Below are positions 1-13,063 of a stretch of DNA of 64,000 nt, in pieces. Numbering within the stretch: the stretch's first letter is position 1; the number at the start of each line of letters is the position of its first letter. Where the stretch lies: assembly GCA_026026165.1 (NCBI GenBank), contig JAPEUD010000011.1, positions 62,001 to 126,000 on the forward strand. The letters are read 5' to 3'. The notes under the pieces are model-generated. The model was not told the origin of the DNA, searched no databases, and was given only the letters and a program-made list of their open reading frames with translations. Origin of the DNA: Sarea resinae (Eukaryota). The translations under genes and the position numbers were made by a program.

Positions 1-3000
1 CCCGTCTGAACCGCCTGCGGCACTGTCTTCGCCGTAACTTTCTCTCTCCACTCTCCACTTCTAACCCCCGATCCTGTCTCTCCCCTGACCGTCTAAATAG
101 CCAACGACCTGCGCCGCAATGGCTGGATAAAGAGGTTTCCGTCGTATTGCTTCAGCTCCGGTTGAGTCCTCCCTGACACGGTTACGGAGAGGCGTAGAAA
201 TAGGTGCACCGACGGCAAAGTCGACAGGGAAAGAAGGTTCAGCACCCGTCATGCGCAGTGCATCGCCGCCGCCGCCGCCGCCGCCGCCCTTTCTACGTAG
301 GGAGTATGGCAGAAGGGTAATGAGGTTGGATAAGAGTAGCTTATTCGGCCCTGCTGCCTCGGAGGATACACTAGCCATCACCGGGATCGACCTGCCACGG
401 GCCACGACGCAGGAGATCTTCCTTCCTCTCTATTCGGCATCCAAGAACGATCAGGTGTCACGACCTTGGCGGCTGCATTGACGAATAGACGCACGGGAGG
501 GATGTCGTTGGGTAGGGCCCCCGGACAAGGTTCAGGCGGGAGGAATGAAAGTTAGATCTACGACCGTTCCATACCCGCCAGGCAGCCTCTCATTCGTTTG
601 TGCCTACGTGAAACTTCAGCCATGTCCACGAAGCAATTCTCGGCTGGTTAAGGTCGCGCATGGAAGAGGCCCAATTGGCCTCGCTGCCTTCACTTATCAC
701 CACCTACCGGCAGATAATCGAAAAAGAAAAGATGGCAGCCGCGCGAAAGAGCACGGGTCCGCGCGATCATTCGATAGTGATGGTGATGGCAATGAATCTC
801 TCGTCCAAGGTACCCGTCAGGATAGGTGAACCAGGTCAGGTAGGCAGAAGGGGAGGTCAGGTAGGTATTACTAAATGATTGATCGAATTGATCGATATTC
901 CGATCCAGTGATTGTGCGCGGCGAACAACAATGAATAGCCCAAAATCGATCCTGGAATCGGCGCGTCTCGCAAATCCAGACCGACTTTATGTACGGACGC
1001 AGAGATGCGAGACCTTGAGGCGCTCTCTCTCATTCATGCTATGAATCGGTCACATTTTTGGGGGTCGTGTCTGATAGATCGGTCTCGGCAGACTGCCGGT
1101 GATGGGATTGAGAAATCTTTATACTTTCTGGGCAAGATTTACCTTTTCTGCCTCCTGCTCGCTGCGCAGACAGGATGAACACTAAAGGAGATTCAACCTT
1201 CCGATCAGATTTCATGCACGGCGCGCGCCAGAAGTGTTCGTGGGCTTGGGTCGCAACTGATCAGTCGATTGGCGAACGGACCGAGGCAAGGGCGCAACTG
1301 CTGTGCTACACGATGCGCGACTCTTGGGTTTCCAACCCAGGTTTTGATCATCTTCCACCTCATGGCACTCACCGACTCTGGGGTTGGGGGAGGAGATCCG
1401 ATTCACTGGATTCGTCATGGTCAGGCATGAGTGCATTTGAGAAATCTCTTTCCGCTGCGAATAGAGAACCGGCTCTCTTGGAATCCATCATCACACAAAA
1501 GAAGGAGAAGAAGAGGGAGGGAGGCGTGATATTTATGGCGACCGACAAAGGTGGTCATTGAGATGCATAAGGTAGGTAGGTTGGAATGGAAGATACTGGG
1601 ATCCAGGCTACCTGGAGCCTACCACAGCTACTACAAGGGTCTTTTTGTCGATATCTACCAAATGGCAAAGCGGCTGCTCATCCGTTTGCCCTCGGTCATA
1701 TCCCGTGGAAGACGGGAATAGTACAGGATCCTCGGGTGAGTGGTTGATATGACCGTCGCAGCACCCATGATGCTTCAATCTAGGTGCAGCCAGCCGCAAA
1801 CTGTAAGGTACCTAGCTCTCAAGCATTACAATGTCCTATTTTAGTGCCTGAGACTGCCGACTTCCGGGCGCATTCAATGCATCGATCGAAAAATCCAGCT
1901 CCAGTAGACAAACAAACAAATACGTGACTGGCTGGCTGGCTGGCTGGCTGGCCGATGGCCGCGGCGCGGGGACCTTGAGATGGAGCCTCTGATAGTTTAG
2001 GTTCGTAGCAGCAACCCCGTGATGATAATGATGATGATGATGGTGAAGCTCGTGACAACATAGCCTTTCAATGCTCGTGATGATGCCTCTAAAGCGACAA
2101 CTTTTGGCGATGACTCTTACGATGGAGTATGTATTGACCTCATGGAAAACTTCCACGAATTGGCGAATTCTCCTCTCTTACCCCGACGCTCTTCCGCTCC
2201 GCTTGTTCCCCGCAACTCGGCAGCAAACAATTACACGGTACTCGTATCCCGTCGCTTTCTTTCGGACATGGAATTCGCCACCGTACACGTAAACAATGTG
2301 TGGCAGCCTGGATTGTCGGAACTGTAGAGCTGCAAAATGAGCAAAGGCGGCAGGCCGGACAGCTGGAGCGCATGCATTGGATGGCCATCAGCACAATTAT
2401 TATTGTTGTTATCAGAAGCAGGTGTACTATGCATCAAGGGGAGTGCTTTGCAAGTTTCGGGTGAGGGGAGATTTGAAGGAGGGTCGAGTCGTAGATCCTG
2501 GCAGGTCGAAGGTGTGTGGGTGTCGTCGTCCACTTCGACCTCGATATTATCATCGAAACCCTATCAGGGCCCTCTGAGGAAGGTTATCAGGACCCTGACG
2601 TCAGTTCGCACCGGCAACTGCTCGGTTAAGCTCCTCGGTAAAGCCGCAAATTCCGTGCAACACGTCTGGCTCCGACGAGAAAGGGATGGGACGGGATGGG
2701 ATACTCGGATTGGAAGGGATAGGATGGATGGAAGAGAATCTGATTTGACGATGACATGTCCTCCATCAACAAGATCAGGCAGCATTACTGTACCATTATC
2801 ATTTGGGGTGTGTTGCGCGGTGTCGCGCCCGTCGACTACGTCGTAGAAGTAGAGTACCCCAGATCGTCGCAGGTGGACGGGCATTTGAGGGGGCAGAGAG
2901 GAGTGGACGAAGGGAAGGAACAGGGTGTGGGCGGGCCAGGCGGGTCAAGCGAACGTCAATACAATACCCGAAAAGGGAAAGTCGAAGAGGATGGCCGGCA

Positions 3001-4097
3001 TCGTTCGTCTGACTAAGGTATTGTCCCGAGCAGAGCAGCAGGGGAGTCACCGTCCATCCAATCTGATGAAATTTCGACCGAACGGGCTACGACGGATGCT
3101 CTACTCCGTACGCTGCTAGAGCACTCACTCTATGGCTGTGGGGATGATGCATCTGGGCGAGCCAGACCAAGCCCGCCCAAGCCAGTCCAGCACAGCCCGC
3201 GTCAGGAGTCCCCATACGATCGTCCTTCTTACCAAGCCGCCCTAGCACGACTCTTCGCTGATTACGACGATGCTTAGGTGCCCTTGCTCACAAACTGCCA
3301 TGTACCACCATGGTACGACTGCTTACGACCATGTGCAGTGCATCGACTAGGTATCTGTGAGGTAGGTCAGGTAATCATATGGATCTGAAGGGCAGAAGGG
3401 GACAAGGAAAGGACCCAGTCGAGGCGGGCACACCCTTCGGTCTGATACCTTGGCACCCTCTCCAGCTGTCAAATCAAAGCAGTCTTTCGGAAACATGCGG
3501 CCCCTGATGTGTTAGTCCTCCTTCTTTATCTAGCTTTCATTGGGCGTTTTCTGCCATCCGCTATCATATCTGTCGAAGGAGGGAGAACGATCACTGTGGG
3601 TGGGCGTTCCGAGACGGGGCGGTCGTTCGGATGCAATGCACCCTGCAAGAATTGCAGCTTTCGTCGGCTTGGGCGTTTGAAGCTGAGGTGAGCCGGGACG
3701 ATGATGGTCGTTGTCGGATGTGGAAATCATGGGAGTGGGTCTGGCTGGACTCGTGCTCTGGAACCTCCTCGCGACCCTCGCGACCCCAATAGTATATATG
3801 ACTAGCAGACCCTCCCCCATCGAGCATCCAAAATCGAGAACCATCATCAGACAAGTCTTTCACACCTGAAGACCACATCATTGCAAATATCATTAGCCCT
3901 GCCTTTGACCATCTCTACGATAAATTACTATCCACTCGAACCTACTCGGCATCATCCGCATCCGCATCCAGTGCACCCCTCCAGCCAAGACTCAAAACCA
4001 GACCTATTTGGGAATAAATTTCATCAGACGCCGATAAAACAAGCACACCATCCTCGCTCAATCATCTCTCTTCAGGCAGACACAAATACAATCCACA

Positions 4098-4412
4098 ATG
4101 TCTTCTTCAGTCGTCAACACCACCGCCACCAAGGCACAAGTCGAGTCCCCCACCTTTCTCAGCCTCGCGCCTATCATGTCTGAGTCATACCCATCCCGAC
4201 AAGTTGGCCGACAATCCCCCGAGATCGAGGCCCTGCTCAAGGCCCGTCGATCCAGCAGCATCAGCTCGACCGGCAGCGACTCCAGCTCATCCAAGAACCG
4301 CTTCCTGAAGCTTGTTCCGGTCCACTGGGGAGGCCTCCCAGGTGATAGCGACTTCGCCGAGGAGGCTATCGAGTTCACACCCGAGCATGCGCCAACGCAG
4401 TTCGAAGGTTGA
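4098..4412 (+). CDS. Small (104 aa) Ser-rich fungal hypothetical protein
   Basis: Intronless ORF with a good start context (cacaATG) and C-rich third codon positions. A TATA-like element lies near 3793. It carries RRSSS and RFLKLVPVHWG motifs that I recall from small uncharacterised filamentous-fungal proteins. Confidence 0.7.
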   Translation: MSSSVVNTTATKAQVESPTFLSLAPIMSESYPSRQVGRQSPEIEALLKARRSSSISSTGSDSSSSKNRFLKLVPVHWGGLPGDSDFAEEAIEFTPEHAPTQFEG

Positions 4413-5559
4413 AGATGTCTCGATTTTGCGTGCGATGAATAGATACCACAAGAGCGATCCGACAAGCGGACGCTCACTGCGAACACCATGGGACCACGGC
4501 GCATCAGCATCATCATGATCATCATCATCTGGGTGGGAGTTTATTGGGAAGCGTCTGCAGACTTTGGGATATGAATAGGGCGATCAGAAATGGTTACGGA
4601 CAACACTATGTTCTCGGAAGAGGAGAAGCGGCGCGTCTTCGTTCATAGGGCGTGCGATGGATAACTGCATAGTCTTCCATTGAGTTGCTTAATCTTCTAT
4701 CGTCTTCCAGGTCGATTACTTTAGCAGAAGGGATGGTCACAATCAGAACAGCAGTCAGCATCACCTATCAATACTTGCCAAAGTGTCTACGTGCTCTGTG
4801 TATGATGTTAATGTGTGAGGACTGGAAAACGCAATTAGCCTCGAGGCTGATCTTACGGAAAAAGCCCTCCTCATACCGGTCGCAACCAAGGTATCCAACC
4901 CGATGGAGATGATGCACTCCAGACCAAGAATCGCCATCAGACGTGGTCGCCGTAGTCTTGAAGGATCCGCACCCTGCTATCGCCGTGCATGATCGGTATC
5001 GCTACCGGTATGCGACCGTGTGTCCCGTCTACTGCGAGTACAAGGCTCGATCAAGTTGAGGATCGTCAGGGTCGCGAAGATGCGAAAACACGCGGGGTCT
5101 GGACAAGTCCCGGGGGCGGGGGACTTTTTCGCGCTCGTTGACGAGATAAGATGGAAAAGATAAAAAAGTACGGAGGCTTCGTCAAACACGTCCGAACGCC
5201 ATCATACCGTATTAGGAGCAATCAATGCATACCTACACAGGGCGGTAAACACTGCGATCACCATGACGCATAGTGACATCGGCATCACATCTTGGAACGA
5301 ATTGGATTCCACCGGCAATCCATCACGTCCCCGCGTACCAGCAAATTCCCATCCATGGAGGTCCCATTCCCCATCGCCTTTCCCGACAATGCCATCATGA
5401 CACAGGAATGGTGTCACTTGCGCATAATGGCAGTATCTATTATTCCCCGCGTAGAACATGCCCTGGCAAGTAAATGGAAGTTACATCATCCGTAGGGTGT
5501 TGATATTAAAGACAAGCAGCGCCTAGTACGAGTATTGATCCATTCTTCCACCTTGTGTC

Positions 5560-7014
5560 ATGTTTGCTTCTCGATCTGCATCGAGAGTACTCTTCTCCTC
5601 AACACGACGCCTGCATTCATTCAACTATTCTCCAAGCCCCTCTTCCATCGCCATCACGAGCTCCCGACTTTCACTTCCACTTCACTCAATCATTAAAGCC
5701 AACATGTCGACCGGTGCGGGTGCGAAAGGCGAATTCAAGCCAGTGGAGCAGCCTCAGACGCAGGGTCTGCCTGGGTGAATTGACTCTCTAAGCATCATTG
5801 ACGTCTTCTTGGCTGACGATCTGCAGCTCTGAAAAGGCCTTGGATCCGACAAGCGAGCCGACGAAGCTTGAAGGAGATGGTCAATTCTTCGAATACAAGG
5901 GCGTTGGCAAGCTCAGGAAGAGGAATGCCCTCATCACTGGCGGAGAGTAAGTCTGCTTGGCTGTCAAGCGGAACGTTTCTGTGGGACTGCAATTGACGCT
6001 TACAATCATTTCCCTCTAGCTCGGGCATCGGTCGTTCGGTCGCCATCTTGATGGCCAGAGAAGGGGCCGATATTACCATTGTCTATCTGCCAGAGGAGCA
6101 CGAAGATGCCAAAGAGACCAAGAAACTCGTCGAGGGCGAAAACCAGTCATGCGTTCTCGTCGCCGGAAATCTCATGGATAACGAGACGTGCAAGCATGCC
6201 GTGGAGCAGCACGTTAAGAAGTCAGTCCCATCATCTCCCTCAGAACATGGTCAGACTAAAAATCAAATCAAAAGATACGGCGGCGTAGACATCCTCGTCA
6301 ACAACGCCTCCAAGCAGCTCATGTGTGCCGACTTCGCCGAGATCGACCTAGACGACGTCGAGAGTACATTCCGCAGCAACGTGTTTCAGATGTTTGCCAT
6401 GACCAAGTACGCCGTGCCGCACATGAAGAAAGGCGCCTCGTAAGTTTCATCATGTGGTCTCCACGCTTGTCTCCTCACGCTTTTCTAGCATCATCAACAC
6501 CACCTCCGTCGTGGCCTTCCGCGGCACGGGTTCCATGGTCGACTATGCAGCCTCCAAAGGAGCAATTGTCGGCTTCACCCGAGCACTAGCCAAGAACTTG
6601 CTCCCCAAGGGAATCGTGCGTGATCTCTTTTTTTTGATGTCCCTAGCTAATTGATATCATCACAGAGAGTGAATGCCGTAGCGTAAGCTCCAGGATCTCA
6701 TCTATCTATGCCCGTCTTGAGGTTACTAATCATCCCCAGTCCCGGACCCGTCCACACGCCCCTCCAGCCCGCCAGCCGCCCCGCCGAGCAAATGGAGGGC
6801 TTCGGCCAGAAATCACAACTCGGCCGGCCAGGCCAACCCAGCGAGATCGCGCCCAGCTACGTCTTCTTAGCCAGCAAGGAGAGCGAGCTCTACTACGGCC
6901 AGATTCTGCATGCGTACCCTCTAGGGTGAGTCAGCGGTGCAAGACAGTAGTCTTGTCCAGAGATGTAATCGTGCTCCAGAGACGACTTTTGCTTACTGCT
7001 TCTCCAGGGACTGA
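5560..7014 (+). CDS. Classical short-chain dehydrogenase/reductase (glucose-1-dehydrogenase/YhdF-like), 8 exons, possible mitochondrial presequence
   Basis: Exons 5560-5774, 5827-5947, 6020-6220, 6275-6439, 6489-6615, 6666-6682, 6740-6925, 7008-7014, all with GT..AG introns. The spliced protein has TGGDSGIG (Rossmann), ILVNNAS, catalytic YAASK and RVNAVAPGP, and ends HAYPLGD*. Confidence 0.92.
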
Positions 7015-7249
7015 TTCACCGAGCACTCTTATTCTTCGTTCCATCCTCACGCCCGAAATTTCAAAAAAACAGGAAATCACTAGAAGAGCGCAGAGGACGC
7101 AGAAAACAGCAACTCGGCGCGTCTGCCGCCGTCGCCATCCAAGTTAAATCGCCTCCATGTTTGGGGTCAGAGCAATAACTGCTCTTCCTCGTGCGTGCTG
7201 TCAGCCGGGATAGTCCTTTCATGCCGTCTGTCGGGATACAAGATCTTTC

Positions 7250-8062
7250 CTCTCTCTCTCTCTCTGATTGCGGATTCGCAATTATCTATATCTATCCTTG
7301 CTGCCTGTCGCGCTTGTCTTGTCTTGCTCGCCAGCCAGCCAGCCGGCCGATCAATCCAGTAGTTAAGTACCTTAGTTAAGAGATCGATCAAGCAAGCAAG
7401 CAAAGATCCAAACCTATCTACTTGCATATCTTCTTCTCTATCTCGTGCCTCGTATCCCGTCTCTCGTGCCCTTTGCTCTGCTCTAAACAAATATCAAAGA
7501 CCAATAAACTAGCAAACAACCAAACAACCAAACAGACAGACAACTAAACAGACAGACAGACAACCAAACAAACAAACCCCCTAGAGCTAGTACTTTGTAC
7601 ATCCAAAATAAGCATCTGATAACGCGACCCTACCCTATATACCTACCTTACCTTACTATAGTATAGTATACCTTACTACTCTGAGGAGGTATAGTATAAC
7701 TTACTCCGGAGTAGTATAGTCTAGTATAGTACAAACTGCGCAATAGAAACAGTAGCCAATAAACCAAGATCGCCACGCTCTCCTTCTCTCTATCTAGGTA
7801 GGCTCCTTAAGTAGTTAGAGAAAGCAGAAAGGGAACGCAGAACCAGGCTCGTGATAACAAACCATCCTACAAGAGCAAAAGCGAAAGAAGAAAAGAGAAA
7901 AAAAAAGAAGATGAAGAAAAGGGGATGAGTAGGTTGGTTGGTTAGGGTTAGCAAGTCTGACGGACAGACAGACAGACAGTCAGACTAAGAGACTAACAGA
8001 CAGAGAAGACAGACTATGCATACATACTAATGTAGGTATTTTACCTGTCAAAGTAAGATTAG

Positions 8063-8094
<32 letters not shown>

Positions 8095-8615
8095 TGACGG
8101 GAATAAAGAGGAAAGTAATAGGGATAAGGCGGTTGGTTACAAGCAAGATTATTTAGCAAGAGTGATAGTGGTGGTGATAGTGATACATAGCAGTATTGTA
8201 CTTGTAGGCGATGGTAAAGGTAATAGAGAATGGTGGATAGAGAATAGTAGATAGTGGATAGTAAAGAGTAAAAATCACACTTATATACTCTGTATCTCTC
8301 CGCCCGGTCAGTATCAGTATCTATTGTCTCTATGGTATCTGTTGTATCTGTTGTATCTCCATCTCCATCTCCATCTCTAGCTGTATCTCTACTAGATGGA
8401 AAATCTATTAGAATAGAATTAGAATTAGAATAGTAATAATGTAATAATGTAATAGCTTCGTCTTTAAATCTTCCTATCTTCCCCTTTTAATCTTCACATC
8501 TTCCTCTTTCTAGTTCTTCCTTTTCTTTTCTGTTCTCGGCTTTCCTTTCCTTTCCTTTCCTTTCCTTTCCTTTCCTTTCCTTTCCTTTTCTTTCTCTTTC
8601 CATTTTTTTTTCTCT
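7250..8615. repeat. AT-rich compound microsatellite island 1
   Basis: Contains (CT)n, (CAAA/CAGA)n, (GA)n at ~8062-8088, (TTTCC)n at ~8540-8590 and many TAG/CTA-rich degenerate repeats. No credible ORF. Confidence 0.85.
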
Positions 8616-8853
8616 TCCTTTGAGCAAGGAGAGATTCTTCACCAGAGGAAAACACCACCACCAACAACAACGATACCACCGAGATGGAATACTATCATCC
8701 AATGTGCTCGAGATGCCCTATCCCACATATCCCGAAACCCCAATGCCGATCCAATCCAATCCAAAACCCACTCAAGACGCCAATGCCACCCAAACGAAAG
8801 AAAAAACATCTTCAAAGACCGACCAAGGGAGGGAGAAAGCGCGGGGAAGATGA

Positions 8854-11800
8854 TCAGGGCGGAGAGCCGTAGGACGGGGATGAAAAAGACATGGTAGCGT
8901 CGGCGTCACCGTCCGGGACCGCGCTCGGGCTCGAATTGGCGGACCGGAACCGATCCACGAGCTCTTCGACCTTGGCGATCAGTTCGGGTATGCGGAACGG
9001 TTTCGAGACGACCTCGTCCTGTATGGGCGTGTTCGAGTCAGCATCGTATGCCCTTTTCCACTGACACCAAAGTCTCGAGAGAACAAATCACAAAGAAAAA
9101 CATACCATGCCGGCACCAATGGCATTCTGGATCTGTTCTGTCCTCGTGTTCGCCGTCACCGCGATGATGGGCACGTGCTTGACAATCTTGCCCTCGCGCT
9201 CAAACCGGCGAATCTGCCGTGCGCAACTCATACCGTCCATGACCGGCATCTCGAGATCCATCAAGATCATGCCAAAGTCTCGAAGATGACGTTCGTTCTC
9301 CCGACCGATCCAGAGTCTCGAATTCTTGACCTGCTCGAGCGCTTCTTCGCCGTGGTTCGCCACGCGCACGACCCAGCCCACATTGCGAAGTTGGCGCTGG
9401 AAGACCCGCTGGTTGACGAGGTTGTCCTCGACGATGAGGACCGTCAGCAAGTCGGCGTCGGCGCCATCGTCTGTGTCCAGCGCGCTGGAATGCGCATCCA
9501 GAGCTTTGGAGGACTCGCCGTCGACACTGGGCATCAGTTTTGATCGCTTGGTCTTTGTCGTTGAATATCGCCTTTCATTCGACGGCGACCGATGGTGCAT
9601 CATCATCATGTGGGCCTGCAGATCGGCAGCGTCGATAGGAGCTTTTGATCGTCTAACCTTGATGTAGAAGGCGAACGTGCTTCCCTCCCCACTCTCAGAC
9701 GCCACACCGATTTCCCCGCCTTGAAGCTCCGTGAGCTCGCGAGAGATGAACAGGCCTAAACCCGAGCCGCCGTATTGAACGTGAGTCCGTGGGCTTGCCT
9801 GCGAGAAGCGCAAGAACAGCAACTTCTTCTCATCCTCATTCAAGCCGCGCCCACTATCCTCAACTATGAATCGGAGGTATAGTTGCTCTCCATTGCCCCA
9901 CTCGGGACCCTGTGTGACGTCCTTGATTTTGGACCGTGAGGGAACGTAGGCTACGCGGCTGTCCTTGAAACCCGAAGGCTTCTCTAGACAAGCGTCGATC
10001 GAGACGGTCACGACCCTCTTCGGCTCCATGGTTGTGAACTTGATGGCGTTCGATATCAAGTTGATCAGAATCTGCAGCAAACGTGATGGATCGAGACGGA
10101 CCCAGTCAATCTGAAGACTTTTGAATGTATCTCCGACAACAAACTTCAACTGGATATCCGCTGACTGGAACTCTCCTTGGAACATCTTCAAGGCTCTTTG
10201 AACCACGCTGATCGGCTGGATATCAGTGGGAGTCACGAGGAGAAGTGACGAGTCCAATTTCGATAGCGTCAGCACGTCATCGATGATTCGTTTCTGATGC
10301 TGGGCGCATAGAGAGATTGTCTGAGCCGCATCAATATTGCTTTCAAGGAGCTCAACAGATAGCGATGATAAATCTTTCTTCGCGTAGAAATCCGTCAACG
10401 ACCCCTGGATCTCATCTGCGCACTGCAGGATGGCACTCAAAGGATTCCTCATTTCGTGACTAGTGATGTCGATGAAGTTCTCTGCCTCGGAATTAGCGAA
10501 GCATATATGCCGGCCGATCAACGGACAAACCTTGCTGACGTTTCAGTTCAACCGCTTCCTCCATCCGCCTCTTTTGATAGTCTTCCCCTTTTTTTCGCTG
10601 AGTGATATCGGTAATGCTTCCAAAAACTCCTTTCAAAGTATGATCTTCATCCATCTCAGGATATGCACTGAAGAGGACCCAAGTATCCACACTCGCACCC
10701 TTGTCATCCGTGAACGGGGCCTTGAAGCGGAATTCTGCAGTTGTGGAGACCAAGTCCACAATCACTCTTCTCCACATCGCTTCCACAGCCACTTTGTCGT
10801 CATCTTTGACGGACTCTATCCAATTATCGGCGCCCTTTTCGGTCTTTGGATGATGAGAGATATCAAACCACGTGTCATTGCAGAAGGTGATACGGCCAAG
10901 AGAGTCAGCAATGAATATGCCGACTGGAGCAAATTCAGCCATGCGCGCAAACTTCCTTTCACTCCAAACAGCCTCCTCTGTACGAGCGGCAAGCTGCTCT
11001 GACAGCTTTATGCGATCCAAGGCAGCCATCTTCACAGCACGTTGGCTTTGTCTTATTTCTTCTTCAAAAAGGACCACAGCAGCCATTGAAGTGGCAAGCT
11101 GGCGAGTCATAAGCTGTATAAAGAGCCTGTAATCATCATCGTATTTCCTTCGAGGATTGACACCTAGGACGAGAAACGCTAAGCCATTTTCGCCACTCGT
11201 TGGGTGGATTGAAAGGACGATAGCAGATCTGCAAGGATCCCCGAATCCTTGAAACTCAATCCCTTCCAACAAGAATGGATTCAGCGTGCCATTCTCCAAG
11301 TCGAGGACGATTGGGCAATCTTGCCTCATGGCCTCTCTGAACTCAGGACAAAAGCCCTCGGGACTCGATCGGAGATCCATAGTTTGCGGAGCAGCAGGAT
11401 GGTTTGCTGCTACACCGAGAACACCCTCCAGACAACACTGCCTGGTACTTGACCCGCTGCTTGAATTGATCGACGATGCATCACTGTCAAGCTCGGAGTC
11501 CACCGAGTAGAGTATGGCAAAAGGAATATCAAAGGTATTATACTCCAAAGCGATGAGTACTTGTCTCCAGAAGCCTTTGAGATCTCGAGCAGACCTGGTT
11601 CTCTCGCCAATCTCATGGAGGGTCAGCATACGTCTTTCCGCGATTTTGCGACGGGTGTTTTCGAAGGCAGGGTTATAAAGGCCAACCACCGATCCATCTG
11701 AGCCAACAAGAGGAATGATCGACCATGAAAAGTAACTCTCTTCAAGGTAGCCGTTTCTCCCCAGAAAGAGGCAATCATCATCCTTGAAATTGCGTTAGCA

Positions 11801-13063
11801 ATTTGGATCGTCTGGAATGGGGCACGACGACTGTACCTTCATTGTGGACTGGGCCGTCAGCTTAGCAGCGGCAAACGAGTCCTTGACGTGAACCCAAATC
11901 TCCGCCCATCCAACGGTATAGACCTGGCCCATCAGATCCGGATGTTTTCGGCCTGCAAGCGGAATGTACGCTTCATTGTAGATTACAACTAGATCCTCTC
12001 CCCAATACATGGCGGCGGGGTTCGGATTAGTCATGAGAAGATTGCACATATATCGCAGTTCAGCTGACCAATGCTCCATTGGACCCAGACTCGTAGATCC
12101 CCAATCTATGCTTTTAACAAACTGGATATGGAGGGGAAGATCTGGTGATGACGGCTGACGCGTCCAATCAAAGAAGCCCGACTTAGCCATTCGAAATGGG
12201 TTATCGAGATCTTCTGACAGACGATTCGCTTCTAAATCAGGCAAACTTTCCTGTAACATCTTCGCATTCGACTCGTAGAGTGGACCTTCAGAAGAGAGTC
12301 TTCTCACTCCCAACCCTCGTCCTATGAGCATCCTTGACGGTTCCAAGTCCTCCAATTTTATAGTTGTGGGATCTGGGTTGATATCTGTCCCACTGCTGGA
12401 AAGAGCCCTCCGAGAAAGGCCGGAGAAAGAAGCGGGCTGATCTGACGAAAATGAATGTACAAATGAATCTGTAGGGATGAGTCTTGGGGACGTAGGTATA
12501 GAGCGTCTCTCAGGAGGACAGATGCTCTGCGATCCTTCTGTCCCTCGAATTAGTCTCAGTCGCCCTTTCAGACTGCAACGAGTCCAATGAATTCCGCAGT
12601 GGAGAAAAGTCAAAGAGCGCGCATCTGACGACTCTGTCATGTTGGCTGGCCCCAGCGTCCAAGCTTTAAAGTCCAAAAAGATATCATCGGTCCGTTTCGA
12701 TGGAGAATGGTCGTCCCGGCCGGCAAGTATCTCGGGCAACTTTGCACAAATGCGCAAAGCCGAGTTGACAAACACTGTGTTGAGGGGACCGCTGTCGTAG
12801 TCACAAGAATCCGCCAGATCGACAACAAAACAGGGCCGATCATCCTGTTCCAACAACTCAACGACGCTCGCTTGGGAAAGAATCTGAGCTCCGCTGAGAT
12901 TACTGCCCAGGTCTGGATGACGGACGAGGTCCAGCGGGCTCGCATTGAAGGATCCACGGCCAATGTGTGGCTCCATCGTACGCGGTGGGGTGCGGTCCCG
13001 AGCCCTCGATACAGGCTGAATCGCCTCATCACTCGACTCCTCCTCGGGCATCCTGCCTAACAT
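8854..13063 (-). CDS. Hybrid two-component sensor histidine kinase (PAS/GAF-like sensor region, HisKA, HATPase, receiver), resembling fungal group XI
   Basis: Exons ~13063-11837, 11782-10531, 10481-9106, 9018-8854. Motifs: H-box SHEMRNPL, N-box NLISNAIKF, G1 DSGRG, G2 GGSGLGL, and receiver VEDN..MDLEMPVMDG..AVTAN..SKPF. The start is uncertain (ATG at 13063 or 13051, or an upstream exon). Confidence 0.93.

Noticed and set aside
100..260. TPP-riboswitch-like words on the minus strand (GGGTGCTGAA, CCGGAGCTGAAG..ATAC)
   Set aside because: The conserved CTGAGA and GATCNGGNTAATNCCNGCG core is absent, and no thiamine gene is nearby.
61..3900. Many short overlapping ORFs in the first 4 kb
   Set aside because: No recognisable motifs or spliceable gene structure; several are driven by microsatellites.
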